A stretch of 64,000 nucleotides of DNA from the NCBI RefSeq assembly GCF_964188315.1, contig NC_135661.1, forward strand, positions 45,632,001 through 45,696,000, in the 5' to 3' direction. Source of the DNA: Podarcis muralis. Lineage: Eukaryota. Below the pieces are notes generated by a model. It had not been told where the DNA came from. It made no database searches and saw only the letters and a list, made by a program, of their open reading frames with translations. How positions within the stretch are numbered: position 1 is the stretch's first letter; every line of letters starts with the position of its first letter. Below, piece after piece: positions 1 to 12,616 of the stretch. The position numbers and the translations under genes are program-made.

Positions 1-429
1 AATGGGCCACTCTGGTACTCTTGCAGCAGAGAGTCTATTATAGCATTTTAGGCTGGGCGGTGTACGTTTGTGTCTCCACAAATTTTGATTGCATGACTTA
101 AAATCCTGAGAATCTCCTCTCCCTTTTTCTTTAAATGCCTGTTTCCAGCCCTCAAGGCAGCAAAGAGAAGCTTGAAAGTATGTGGGCAATGCCTGTATAC
201 TATCAAAAGAAATTGTGGGGAGCAAATGGAAGAGGATTTGCTGTCAGCAGGGTTTCTGTGGCCTACATAACTTCTTGCCTTTCCCCATGACTAGCTGAAT
301 AACTTCTATAAATCTTCTAAATTTGCATAGTCTATGCATATTGCAGTATCCAGTATTTCTTGGTGTTGAATTTGATCTACCTTAGACAAGAATTATACCT
401 GCTTTTGGGTTAGTATAACCATGGGTCCT

Positions 430-570
430 TCTAGCTCAGTTTTGTCAATGCTGGCTGGCAGAGGCTCTCCAGGGTTTCACAGTTTTCCAGCCTTATCTGG
501 AGACATCGGGTATTGAATCCTATGGCACTCAAAGCCAGTGCTCTGCCACTGATCTACAGCCCTTCAAGAG
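430..570 (-). mobile_element. tRNA-derived SINE fragment
   Basis: ctagctcag...gctggcagaggctctccagggtt...ccagccttatctggagacatcgggtattgaatcc...tgctctgccactga is the reverse complement of the SINE type seen at 40855-41035. Confidence 0.5.
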
Positions 571-3254
571 TACAGGGCTGCCATCTGTTTCTGTACTCCT
601 GTGTTGTTAAGAAACGCAAGTAACCCGGGCAGTACAAAATAAGTGTGGTGCCTGTTGAGGATTGTACCCACCGAAGATGCAGCAATTGTTTATGGCGGCT
701 TTACTTTTTCATTTGAGCAGTGTTTTACAGGGTTTCTGGCTGCTTGGCTTGCTCAGGCTTTTGCTGACTACCACTAACTGCCTGGCAATCTGTTTCTCAG
801 GATTCATTAACTTCTTTTCTCTGGTGTGTAGGAAAAAAGTATTTCTTGCTTGAGTGGGTTGATGCATTTAAGCTTGCCTAGTGCTTGGTCTTAAATGTGG
901 CTGCCTTTAGTTGTGCATAGTGTATGCCTGTGTCTTAAGACTCGGTTTCTTAGGATGATGTGTGTCTGTTGCATGTTATCCAATGACCTCTTTTTAACAA
1001 GGTGTTTGTGCAAGGGAGACCACGTTGGCTATTTTCATTTGAGAAAACTAGGTTATAGGAGATGATGGCACCAGATGGCCGCATATCCTTAGAGTGCTGT
1101 GGATTATTAAAGGGTTTGTCATGCTCTTATCCTTTTTTCCTCCCTCCCGATACTGTCAAGTGCCCATTGCTTAAGATCTGTCATGAGTTGTGTCATCTAA
1201 GAGCAGGGGTGGGCCTAATTTCAAAAGCTCTCTGGAAGAGATCAGATCTCTGGCAAGAGTGATCCTATAGGAGAAAAGAAGAAGGAGTGGCAGAAATTAA
1301 AAAGCCCAACTCTACCATGTGTGCCTGGACGGATTATTCCCAAGCGAATGCAACTTTCAACAGAAAACAGGTTCCCCATTCCTGTTTTAGAGGCTGTACA
1401 GTTCAGGACCTCAACACACCCTGGTCTGACTTAAGAACTCCTAGGTACCCATACTTTCCTGTTAGATGTTGGTAGGCCCATCATCAATGGCACAAGAATC
1501 TATTGGAAGGTGTACTGGCAATTCTTCTCAATGTCTTATTCATCTTGCTATGTATACAGCTGATCCCAGAGTTTTGGTGAGGAAGGCTTATAATTGTGGA
1601 AGGGAAAAACCTCTACATTGCTGTCCCTGTCGAAAGCCTGGAGCAATCATCATCATAAGATGATAGAATTGTGCTTCTTCTAGGCTGGGAGATGCCTGTT
1701 GTTGCACAGGCAGTCCTGATTCATCTAGCCGATCAGCTCCTGATCCCAGTTTTATTCTTCTTGTTCAGGAATTAGAAGCATGTCCTTGGAAGCCTGCCCT
1801 AAGGTCATTGTTGTTGGGGGCTGACACTGTGAGGCCAGAAGTACTGTGATATAATTCTTTCCAGCCCAGATTACATCTGAAAGAATTTTTAAGCTGAACA
1901 TTAAAACAAGCAATACTTCTGAGTATGGGGATGGGTCAGAGAGGGGCAGTGGTAGTTTCTACTTTTTTCTCTTAAGAGGCCCAGATAAAGGATAAAGTAT
2001 TCAAGCTTCTCCTGCTATTAGTGCTGGCTACAGGGAAAATATTGTCCTAGTTCACACAGGAGCCTGTAAACAAGGCTCTGGGTGACTGTAGCAGCAACTA
2101 AGGATTCCAACAGCTACTACAGCCAGTTGCAGAGAGCCCCCCTCAGTCCTGTCTCATTGTGGCTGCTCACCCTTCCTGTGGCAGTAATGCTTGCTTTCTT
2201 GCTTCTGCTGGTCCAAGAGGGTGAAGGAAGTAATTGCTTGCTGCAATTTATTGGGAATCCAGTAGCGCTATTTTTATTTTTGCTTCTTTGAATTCTTTGC
2301 TTGGAAACCTTTAAGGTGCATCACAGACAGAAGTCACCTGGATCCCCAACTCTTTAATGGATCTCCTCATCTCAGATCAAAATACCACATACCCACTCCA
2401 GATGTCTGCCCTTGCCATGAGAAGAGCTTATGAGGAAGTGTGGGCCATTTCTTTTGACTTGGGGTTTTGGACTAACACCCCTAAACTGCACTAAAATGCA
2501 AATGTCAGCACAGTTTGCAGTGCCCATTTTGTCACCTACGTTGAAAAGGCCGACAGCCGTATGCCTAGCTCTGATTTGTGATTGAGATGAACATTCTAGA
2601 TAATTTTCTTTTTGTGAGTAAAGTTCAGATTTTAATTTATCTTATATTAGGTTGCTGGTCAGCCCATCACGTGCACAGTAGCTATGTATTGAAATGGCCT
2701 CTATGATTTATTTATTTTTAAGCATGGAGAGTAACTGCTTGCTTGGCGCTGAAAGCTCCTTATGGACCAAGAACCTTTGGTCATGTTTTTAAGCTAGATG
2801 AGTGGTTCAGATTTTATTTAATCTTTCTTAATGTAAGATTAAAAACAAGATTAGAAAGTTCTGGTGGCAAGACCAGCTCCTTGGAAGCTTATTGCAGGAT
2901 TAGAAGTGTATTTCTTCTTGCTATCCAGAAAGCTCCCTTGTGCTACAACAGACATTAACTCATTTGTCTCACTGTGGAAGATTATAATCCACTTTCCAGT
3001 AAAGTAACCCTAGCATTTAGTTCACAGCAGGGCTTAGTGATGAATCGAACTGCCTCCTCAAGAAATCCGAGAGAGTGTGGCATTACAAAAGTTTCCTTCC
3101 TCACAAGCTTTCACTCTATACTAGGCTGTGGTTCTGTCTGCACTACAGACTTGGTGTTGCACAATAAAGCCTTTAATACTGAGCCAAAGGAAATAGACAT
3201 GTTTCACAACAGCATACAATTAAACTATGGGATTCACTCCAACAAAGGCAGTGA

Positions 3255-3630
3255 TGGCCACCAACTTGGATAGCTCCAAAAGAGGATTAGACAAATACGC
3301 AGAGGATAAGGCTACCAATGGCTACTAACCACAATGGCTTTGTTGGGGGACAGTATGCTTCTGAATTCCAGTTGCTAGAAACTGCAGGAGGGGAGAATAT
3401 TCTTGTGCTGAGGTCATTCATGTAGGCTTCCCATTGGCATCTGATTGGCCACTGTAACAGAGGCGGTTTTAGGGTAACGAGACTGGTGCAGCCACACTGG
3501 GTACCATGCTGGAGGGGGCACCACAACAATGTTGTAGAGCAGAGCATGAGAGGCAGGGTGCCACTGAAATTGGAGAGCCCAATTAGATGGCCTGTTGGTA
3601 TGATCCAGCAGGCTCTTCTTTTGTTCTTAC
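3255..3630 (+). mobile_element. Decayed CR1-type LINE 3' end
   Basis: gatggccaccaacttggatagctccaaaagaggattagacaaa...gaggataaggctaccaatggctact resembles the CR1 ORF2 end/3'UTR; a related piece is at ~24140-24230. Confidence 0.5.
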
Positions 3631-3861
3631 TTCAATAGTTATCAGCAACTAAAAAACTTGTAGTTCAGTCTAGCTCAGGGTAGCTTGCTGTTGGACTTAT
3701 AAAGAGTATGGCCCCAAATAAAAATGTATTATAGGAGAAAGGAAATACAGGAGAAAGACACAGACTGGCTTTGTTCAATGAAATGCAGATACGCAGAATC
3801 CATGTGCTCATCTAAACATGTACTTGAGGGCAGCTTTGAGCTGTCATAGGAACATAGGATA

Positions 3862-4122
3862 CAGTAATACCTCCACGAACGTCCGTCTCGTCTAGCGTCC
3901 ATTCCGGTGAACGTCCACAGCAAACCCGGAAGTACCGGAACAAGTTACTTCTGGGCTTGCCGCATGCGCAGAAGCGTTAAATTGCTCTTTGCACATGCGC
4001 AGAATCACAAACCGCTCCGCTTGCGTGCATGCGTGCGCAGACATGGCGCTTTGCCCTGCGTCCTTTTCAGCTAGCGGCCAGGGCTCCAGAACAGATCCCG
4101 ATCACAAAACAAGTTACAACTG
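3862..4122. mobile_element. Tc1/mariner-type MITE (degenerate TIRs)
   Basis: TA|CAGTAATACCTC ... AAGTTACAACTG|TA; CpG-rich interior with cccggaagta motifs like the element at 43452. Confidence 0.5.
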
Positions 4123-4726
4123 TACATCTAGCTCAGTATCAGCTAGACCAGGAGTTGTCTTATGTAGATTTTTCAATTTCGTTGTTCTCTATGGGACAAT
4201 GACAATAAAGATGTATTGTATTGTATCGTATCGTCAGCCTGGTCCCTACCTCCCACTAGTGGGCGTTTCAGGATTCTAGGTGAGCGGTAGGGGGTTCTAT
4301 GGCACAAGCTCCTTCCATTGAGCACTGGTGGGCGGTAGGAAAAGTTTACCATCAAGAAAGATGTATTAGTGGGCAGTAGGTATAAAAAGGTTGACTACCC
4401 TTGAGCTAGACTGACTAGTAACAAGTAGCTCTTTGCAGTTTCAGGCAAGAGTCTTTCCCCAGCTCTCCCTGGAGATGTTAGGGGATGAATCTCAGAATTT
4501 CAGCATGCCAAGCTTATGCTTTCCATTTGAGCTATAGTCCTTCCCTTAATACTGGTTTACCTATAAGAAGGACTCACGTGATTAGCTCTTAAGGTGAGCA
4601 TAAGAAAGCATGTCATACAGCCTTGTTACTTGCACAAAATAAATAAATACCAAGTGGCTAGTAGAATTTGCAGACTGGAAGCATTTCCCCACCACCACCC
4701 TCCAGCAGCATAGAAAAGGGGTCCAT

Positions 4727-5686
4727 TTCATAGAATCATAGAGTTGGAATAGACCACAAGGGCCATCGAGTCCAACCCCCTGCCAAGCAGGAAACACCAT
4801 CAGAGCACTCCTGACATATGGTTGTCAAGCCTCTGCTTAAAGACCTCCAAAGAAGGAGACTCCACCACACTCCTTGGCAGCAAATTCCACTGTCGAACAG
4901 CTCTTACTGTCAGGAAGTTCTTCCTAATGTTTAGGTGGAATCTTCTTTCTTGTAGTTTGGATCCATTGCTCCGTGTCCGCTTCTCTGGAGCAGCAGAAAA
5001 CAACCTTTCTCCCTCCTCTATATGACATCCTTTTATATATTTGAACATGGCTATCATATCACCCCTTAACCTCCTCTTCTCCAGGCTAAACATGCCCAGC
5101 TCCCTTAGCCGTTCCTCATAAGGCATCGTTTCCAGACCTTTGACCATTTTGGTTGCCCTCCTCTGGACACGTTCCAGTTTGTCAGTGTCCTTCTTGAACT
5201 GTGGTGCCCAGAACTGGACACAGTACTCCAGGTGAGGTCTGACCAGAGCAGAATACAATGGCACTATTACTTCCCTTGATCTAGATGCTATACTCCTATT
5301 GATGCAGCCCAGAATTGCATTGGCTTTTTTAGCTGCCGCGTCACACTGTTGGCTCATGTCAAGTTTGTGGTCAACCAAGACTCCTAGATCCTTTTCACAT
5401 GTACTGGTCTCAAGCCAGGTGTCCCCCATCTTGTATTTGTGCCTCTCATTTTTTTTGCCCAAGTGCACTACTTTACATTTCTCCCTGTTAAAGTTCATCT
5501 TGTTTGTTTTGGCCCAGTTTTCTAATCTGTCAAGGTCATTTTGAAGTGTGATCCTGTCCTCTGGGGTGTTAGCCGCACCCCCCGCACCCCAGTTTGGTGT
5601 CATCTGCAAATTTGATCAGGATGCCCTTGAGTCCATCATCCAAGTCGTTGATAAAGATGTTGAATAAGACTGGGCCCAAGACAGAA
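4727..5686 (-). mobile_element. Young 5'-truncated CR1 LINE (reverse transcriptase C-terminal part plus 3' tail)
   Basis: Minus strand encodes [25 protein letters not shown], then after a 7-nt duplication frameshift (~5575-5590) LQNDLDRLENWAKTNKMNFNREKCKV..RPHLEYCVQFW..LERVQRRATKMVKGLE..LPRSVVESPSLEVFKQRLD; ends in (ATTCTATG)n at 4727-4745. Confidence 0.95.
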
Positions 5687-5809
5687 TATGATATTGAAAT
5701 ATGACTTTCTTCTATAAGCATAACATGTCCTAGTTGATCATTTGAAATTTGGAAGGAAAAAAATATTATTTGAATTCTCTGCTTGGGATTTTCCTTTCAT
5801 ATACTGTAA

Positions 5810-6170
5810 TTACAGAATTGGAGGGATTTCCAAGGGTAAACTAGTCCAACCCTCTGCAAAGTGCCCAACCAACCTTTGCTTAAAAACCTCCAATGAAAGG
5901 AAGTCCACCACATTCCGAGCTAGTCTGCCTCTCTGCCAAACAACTTTTACCATCAGAAAGTTCTTCCTAATGTTTAGTTGGAATCTCCTTGCTTGTAATT
6001 TGAATCCATTGAGGGCCTACCCTTTGGAGCAACAGAAAACAAGCTTGCACTATCTTCTTTGTGACAGCCCTTAAGATATTTGAAAATGGCTGTCTTATCT
6101 CCTCCCAGTCTCCTCTACTCCGGACTAAACATACCCAACAGCACCCTCAATCATTCCTCATAAGGTCTGC
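5810..6170 (-). mobile_element. Older CR1 LINE 3' fragment
   Basis: Degenerate homolog of 4760-5120 (agtccaaccctctgc...ctttgcttaaaaacctccaatgaagg...aagttcttcctaatgtttagttggaatctcc). Confidence 0.8.
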
Positions 6171-7947
6171 AGAACAGCAAGAGTCTTGATCCAGGTTGGG
6201 ACTTTGGTTGGGGGAGGATTACCTTAACATTTTATCCATCACTGTTTTGTGTTGAAAATCCCTCACACACCCCTCAGAATCTGCTATTTACTGTTTTGAT
6301 TTATTTATTTTTTAAGTGGCAGAGAATCCCAATCATAGGGCTTCAAAGATGTGGTGAATATCATGTATACTTTGACCCTCTTTGGGCAAGTTACTTTAAG
6401 GCTCAATTTCTATTAATCTGAAAGGGAGAAGTGAAAGATTATACTGTAAAAATGATTTCTCCCCTACCCCCCCCCACTTCCATTGATGTCGTTCTTCCAT
6501 CAAAGTTCAACCCTGCTGATGTGGTACTGTGAAATGGATCAGCTTTGTCAGGAACTTGACAAAGAAGCTGGTAAACTCATCTTGGCTATAACCTCAGCAG
6601 GATATACTCTTTTTTTCCTTTTTTCTTCAGGAGGGTAGCTTAATTAAATCAAGCCAAAGATACATACAGTACAGCAGGTGAAACCTGCAGCAGCATAAAC
6701 AGATCAATAAACCGATTTGTGTTTGCTGACCAGAAGAGATTTCTAATTACTAGTGCTCTGTACTCCCCATTTCTGATGGCGTGGGAGTAATTGAAAGCAT
6801 AAGAAATCCAATTCCCTCTTGTTTGGGAGTTTGTTTCTGTTTAGCTCCACTTAACTGGACTGGTAATGCTGACTCGTCTGTCGAGGCTGAAGGTGGTAAT
6901 TTATTTCCAGTTGTCTACTTGGGATCCTAGTTCCTTATTCAAGAGTTGCTTAAATTTTTTAGTAGGAGTTTATTTTTAGAGGTTTCAATACACTGTGCAC
7001 TAGCACATTAAAGTATATATATGTGTGTGTATTTATTTATATCTGCCTAAAAGTACACATGTGCCCCAGACTTCCTGCTTCCTGTATCAAAAAGAGAACG
7101 AAAGCTAAATAATAAATAAATAACTGTAAGCAGCACCGAAGGGGAAATTATCCTCCAATTTGTGAACCTATGGAAATACTGTATATTCTGTATTGTTGTA
7201 TAATATCTAGGATTTATTGCATGGAGAATCAAATAATATTATTATTACTGTTGTTTTTTTTGTTGTTATTTAATCTACCGTATATGCTGCTTACATGCCA
7301 AAATGGCTTCTAAGTGGTTTGCAACTATAAAATCAGAATCAAAATACACAATAACATTAAAAGATCCATAATTAAAATATACAATAAAACAAACAATTAA
7401 AAAAGCATAATGAAAACAGTGAAAACCCATTTCAGGAGATATGGGAGATAATCCAGCAAGATTCTTAATTTGGTGTTCACACACACCAAAACTGATTTTT
7501 AAAACTATTGATGTAGCATGTTTAGAACTTTTCTGAAGTTCTGTCAGAGTGCAAATACTGAAAACCCAAGTATTAGTAAATGCCTTTTGACTTTTCACAC
7601 AAAACTTAATTAAGAGATGTAGCAGTATGGTTGCTCATTAATCATACGTTTGCTGCCCCTGTAGTTCTGCTGCCCTGAAATCCATTAGTCTCCAGCCATG
7701 TACCTGCCAATGTACATCAGCATCTGTGGCTTCTTACACTGCTCTGGGTGAAGGAATAACAAGGGCAAGGCAAGTGATGTGGTTCCTTCCACTTGCCAGA
7801 GCAAGTGTGGTAGGAATGCACACTTATTTAAAACAAGACTGCTTGCACATTGTCACTCTTACTCCAATGTGGGATGGTCTGTTTGTTACCAACATTAGAA
7901 TTAATGCTTTCTTCTCTCCCCGCCCCCTGTTTCTTTATCATTTTCAG

Positions 7948-8265
7948 CCATGGCCCAGCGTGTCCAATCTTGCTAAGGATTTCATTGACCGTCTGCTCAC
8001 AGTGGATCCTAGTGACCGGATGACAGCTCTTCAAGCCTTAAAGCACCCCTGGGTGGTCAGCATGGCTGCCTCTTCTTCCATGAAGAACCTGCACCGCTCC
8101 ATATCTCAGAACCTCCTCAAGAGGGCATCATCTCGTTGCCAAAGCACCAAGTCAGCCCAGTCCACCCGCTCCAGCCGCTCCACTAAATCCAATAAGTCCC
8201 GGCGGGTACGGGAGCGGGAACTGCGAGAGCTGAACTTGCGCTACCAGCAGCAGTACAATGGCTGA
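7948..8265 (+). CDS. PSKH1: Terminal coding exon of serine/threonine kinase PSKH1 (upstream exons lie before the window; 1-7947 is intron)
   Basis: Acceptor ttttcag|CCA at 7947/7948; reads [78 protein letters not shown]...[16 protein letters not shown], matching the kinase C-lobe and tail of PSKH1. Confidence 0.95.
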   Translation, partial: PWPSVSNLAKDFIDRLLTVDPSDRMTALQALKHPWVVSMAASSSMKNLHRSISQNLLKRASSRCQSTKSAQSTRSSRSTKSNKSRRVRERELRELNLRYQQQYNG

Positions 8266-11200
8266 CAACTCAGCAGGAGGCTGCCTGGCTTGTTCTTTCT
8301 TTGTCATTGGGACATGTTCTGCACTGCGTTCACTAAGTGAGGGGGCCCCAAACTCCAGCCCTCTTCTCTCCAAGCCCAACTTCCTATGTCCATCTTCCTG
8401 CCTTGGGAGATGGAGCTTTAGGGATGCTGCTGCCCCTGGGAGCACATCTCACCTGTGTAGGGTCAGGGGATTAGAAAATCCTGCTTCTTGGCCCAGCCCT
8501 GGAAAAAAAGTCTACAGTTAGTTGCCTGAAATACTGGAGCCACGCAGAAGAGTCCTTCCCTAGCCAAGAATCTTTGCTACTCCTATTTATTGACTCCCAA
8601 GTTTTATCTAGCCAGCCTCTGTTGCTACAGGGTCTGGGAGGGGATGATTTAGGCCAGGGTAGCTAACATGGTACCACCCAAATGTTGTACTACAGCTCGT
8701 CATCTCTGTTGACTGGCCATGCTGACTGGGGCTTATGGGAGTTGGAGTCCAGCAAAAACTGAAAGGCACCACATTGGCTATTGCCGACTTAGGCTGTTGG
8801 TTAAAATCAGGATCATGGAACCCCATGGGTCCACAGGTGCAGAAGGAGATTACTGAGTTCCTCTTCTGGCTGCAGCCTTTTGCACTGCATCAGACATTGC
8901 CCCAGAAGTTTTTGTGACATCAGTTGGGGGTTTTCTGCACCCAAGAGAGGGGGAAGGGGAGCCTATAAGTCCCAGTGCATGTGTGCAACACCTTGCACAG
9001 CTCTCTGAATCTTGGGCTATGCACTTTCACAGTTTCAGTTTTCACTTGGTTTTGCACTTAAATGGCTGCTTTCCATCCATACAGCTGTGAAATGGGGACC
9101 AAATTCTCCTTTGATACTTGTTGGAGGAAATCAGAATTAGTGCTGCTCCTCTCACTGTCCTGTGTGTTGAAGGCCGGAGAAATGGTTGTGCCTTAACTAC
9201 ACTAATTTTGGCTGGGAATGGCTTTTCCTCCCACTATTTTGGAGCCTTATCTTGCTCTCTGTTGTATCTTTCCACTTAACGCTGGAATGAATTATAGGAA
9301 ACCCGGTCATCATTCTGACTCAATCAGTGCTTAGATGTGTGACTCAGTACTGCAACATTGCAAGTGACTGAGGAGACATCAGACAGCTTTCTTCCCTCTT
9401 CTGACCTCCTGTACACACACCAGGGGGGGTCTCTCATCACAGGGGTGACATCAAAAGTCTGTTTCTCTCATTAAAGGCTTGAGTGGGTTCAAACAACTGC
9501 TGTGCTTGCCTCTACAGCTGGCACACTGGGGTGCAGGCAATGCAGCTTAGAATCATAAAATCACATAGCTTAAAGGGACCCAAAGATAATCTACGCTGCA
9601 TGCCCCCCCCCCCCCGGATTAACCCACTTTCCCTTGGTTTTAGTGTGCTGCAAATAAAGAGCCAGAGAGCAAATCAGGTGCTCACACCAGAGCTGCCTCT
9701 TGAATTAAGTAATATGAAAAAAATCTAGACAGCAAGCTTGGTGCTTATTACAGCAGCAAATTGCCAGAGTCAGTAGCCAGTCTGAGCAGAGAGACAACGT
9801 GTTTCTGTAGGGATTTTCTGTCTCCAGTTAGACTTTTATCTAAAAGTGCAGCAAAATGATGTAATGAGGTACCAGAGTCCTGAAATAATAGGATGGCCTG
9901 GGGGTGGGATAAATTTATTCGGGATATAGGAGCAAGTCTTGTTGTTCTGGCCTTTCATTCACCCCAGTAGATAAGGTCAAGAAAAAAGGGCAGCTATTGG
10001 AGTTTCCAACCTTAAATCAATATTTCTCTGTCCTGTTCATGATTGGCATTGTGCCCTCACATCAGCTGCTCTGTTTCACAGAAACCAGCTACTTCCAGCC
10101 TCTGGTGGCACATCCTGTTTCTGAGAGCAACTCTCTTGTGCTGGTTAATGTGTCAGGATACATTGTCAGACATCAGCTTAAGGACATTGCGTCAGTCATG
10201 GTAGGCAGGTGGCCATATCATTTTGGGCAGTTAAATTTTATTGACGTCTACAAAGGCACTTCCTGTCCCAATGAACAGTGACTCAGTGGAGGTGTTAAGA
10301 GTAAAGGTGTACAAAGTGTCTGGGAGTGATACCATTGCAGTGGGGTAGCCCTTGGGTGCTCCCAAGTGTGCATTTCCCCATGACAGAGAGGGAGGGAGTG
10401 ATGGTGCTACAGTAGCTGTGATGTTGAATCGCTCATTAGTAAGGATGTGAGTCTGCCTTGTCCTCACCTTGTTGAGACATCAGCATTACATAGGAAAAGT
10501 AATGTAACACACAGCTTGTGTGCTTAAGAAGCTTTAATCCACTACAGTGGGATTGATTCATGTCCATGTGTTCCTGCAGTAGTTCTAGAGGTACATTATG
10601 CAGAACCAGTTTCTCAGCCCAGGGTGACATCTAGTGGTCCAACATACTCTCTCTGTCAGTAACCAGGCTCCTATTGATGCTTGGCTTTTATCTCATACAG
10701 TGGTTTCACTTAGGTTACTTTGCAGTTGGAGATGCACCTGCTATTTATGTGTCACCAGTGAGTATTGCCCACTACTGCTGGCACACTGTGCTTTCCATTG
10801 ACTTTTGTGGTGTGTATGTGACTGCTTCAGGAGACACCCCAGCATGGGTGGTAGCGGTAAAGGTCTCTGCCTTGTCTCTCTATTTCCAGTTTTCTATTCT
10901 GGATAGGACACCAATTTCATAGAGGGTTATTCCTTTAGACTCACTCACACTTTCCCCCACAGTTATTTCTGTTACGCGATGGGGAAATTGCCAAATGTGA
11001 GGTGCCTATGTTCAATAGCCCTGGCAGTGAGAAATTTCTGTGTTAAGGAATTATTAAGTTTGTAGGTCAAAAGAAAATGACAGCATGACCTCACTGTTGT
11101 TCCGTCCTGGATTGCAGAACTCCTAGGCCATGCTTTTGCTTCTCCTGCTCAGAGTTCATGCCAGTGAACTGGATTCATTGTGTGCATTTGCTTAAAAACA

Positions 11201-12381
11201 AAAAGCAACAAGGTGGCAACACTTGGGTACTGAATTGTCTCTAGATGTTGACGTTGGTCTCTATCTTATACCACCCCTTCCCTCCCTGTTGGAACAGTAA
11301 ATATTGTAAATATATTGGAACTTAGCAATACTGTGTGAAAAACAAACCAACCCATACAGCATCTCGGATCTAGTGGTGCAAAACCCACCTATCCACTGTG
11401 GAATGGGATAAGGTCAATGATTGCCACTTCAGAGAATGCCTGCTTCAGATTATGTGACGTTTTTGTTGATAAGAGAGGACTCACCCCAGAGACATAACTG
11501 GGAATGGGGATAGGGGTATCATGGACAAGAGGCAGCTTCTAACTGGGTTGTGCCATTTGAAATGTCTCACGTTTTTGAGCCTGGAGATTCTTCATGATTA
11601 CTTCCTCCTACTGGTTTCCAAGTACTCCGTGTACAGGAGTTTCCCTTCTGTATCAGCAGATTCTTCATGATGACTTCCTCCTACTGGTTTCCAAAATCCC
11701 CCTTGCCCCTTTGGATAGTACCTTGAAGTGTCATTGTGCCTTAACACCAGCCAGCAGGGATAAGGAGGTGTATTCTGCTGGGACAAAGGGCCTTGGGGTA
11801 GTTTAATCAGAAAGGGGAGAGGCTAGCATCTGCTATGTCTCTTCTCTTAGTGTTGGGAAAGTTAGTTTCTGTTGCAATAAAGGCCATTAATTCCTAGTGC
11901 TTTGAAGTCCCCCACTCCATATGGGACCAAGCCCACACTCACAGTGGATAGAGGCTTCCTTGCCCTCATAGCCTTACTAAGCAAACTCTGATGGCCAGCT
12001 GTAACAATCTGGAAGAGCTGGGTCTTCCAAAGGAACCTTTTGGCTTGGTCCTTCTAAGCTACGGTGCTTCTGTTTTGAGGTGCATTGGGATGCTTCCAAA
12101 TGGAGTTTTTTCCTTTTCTTTTTCTGGACTCATGTATGCTCCTACATGAGTGGGATTCAAGAGGTCCTTAGGCTTACAAAACCATTTCCACATGCATGTC
12201 AGATGGTGTTCCCTCCATCTTCAACTTTTCCTGTGTCTTCCACTCCTTGTACAGCATTGAAGACTATCCCCAAGAATTTTGGGGAGTAGTTTGTTGAGCC
12301 AGCACAGAGGTCTTCAGTCATAAAGGAGAGCCTCCCAAAGTTCGCACGATAATTCATTGCATGGTCATTTTGGGTCCTAGG

Positions 12382-12616
12382 CAGTGCTCTTTTTTTTCCT
12401 TAAAAAATGTTTGGGGGTATTCTCATTCTGTCTGAGACTCAGGAAACACCATGACAGGAAATGAGGCCACTATCAGGGGTAGCAACGGAACTGACGATTC
12501 ACCGTGCTAGAGAAGAAACTAAAAAAATATTATTATTTTTAGTTCCTTCTCCCGTTTGATTCACAAAATGTTTAGGAGTATGCATACCCGTACATCCCCC
12601 CAGAAAAAAACCACTG
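12382..12616. mobile_element. hAT-type MITE
   Basis: TIRs CAGTGCTCTTTTTTT ... AAAAAAACCACTG; flanks gtcctagg / gtcctggc resemble an 8-bp TSD; same family at 26289-26436. Confidence 0.6.
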
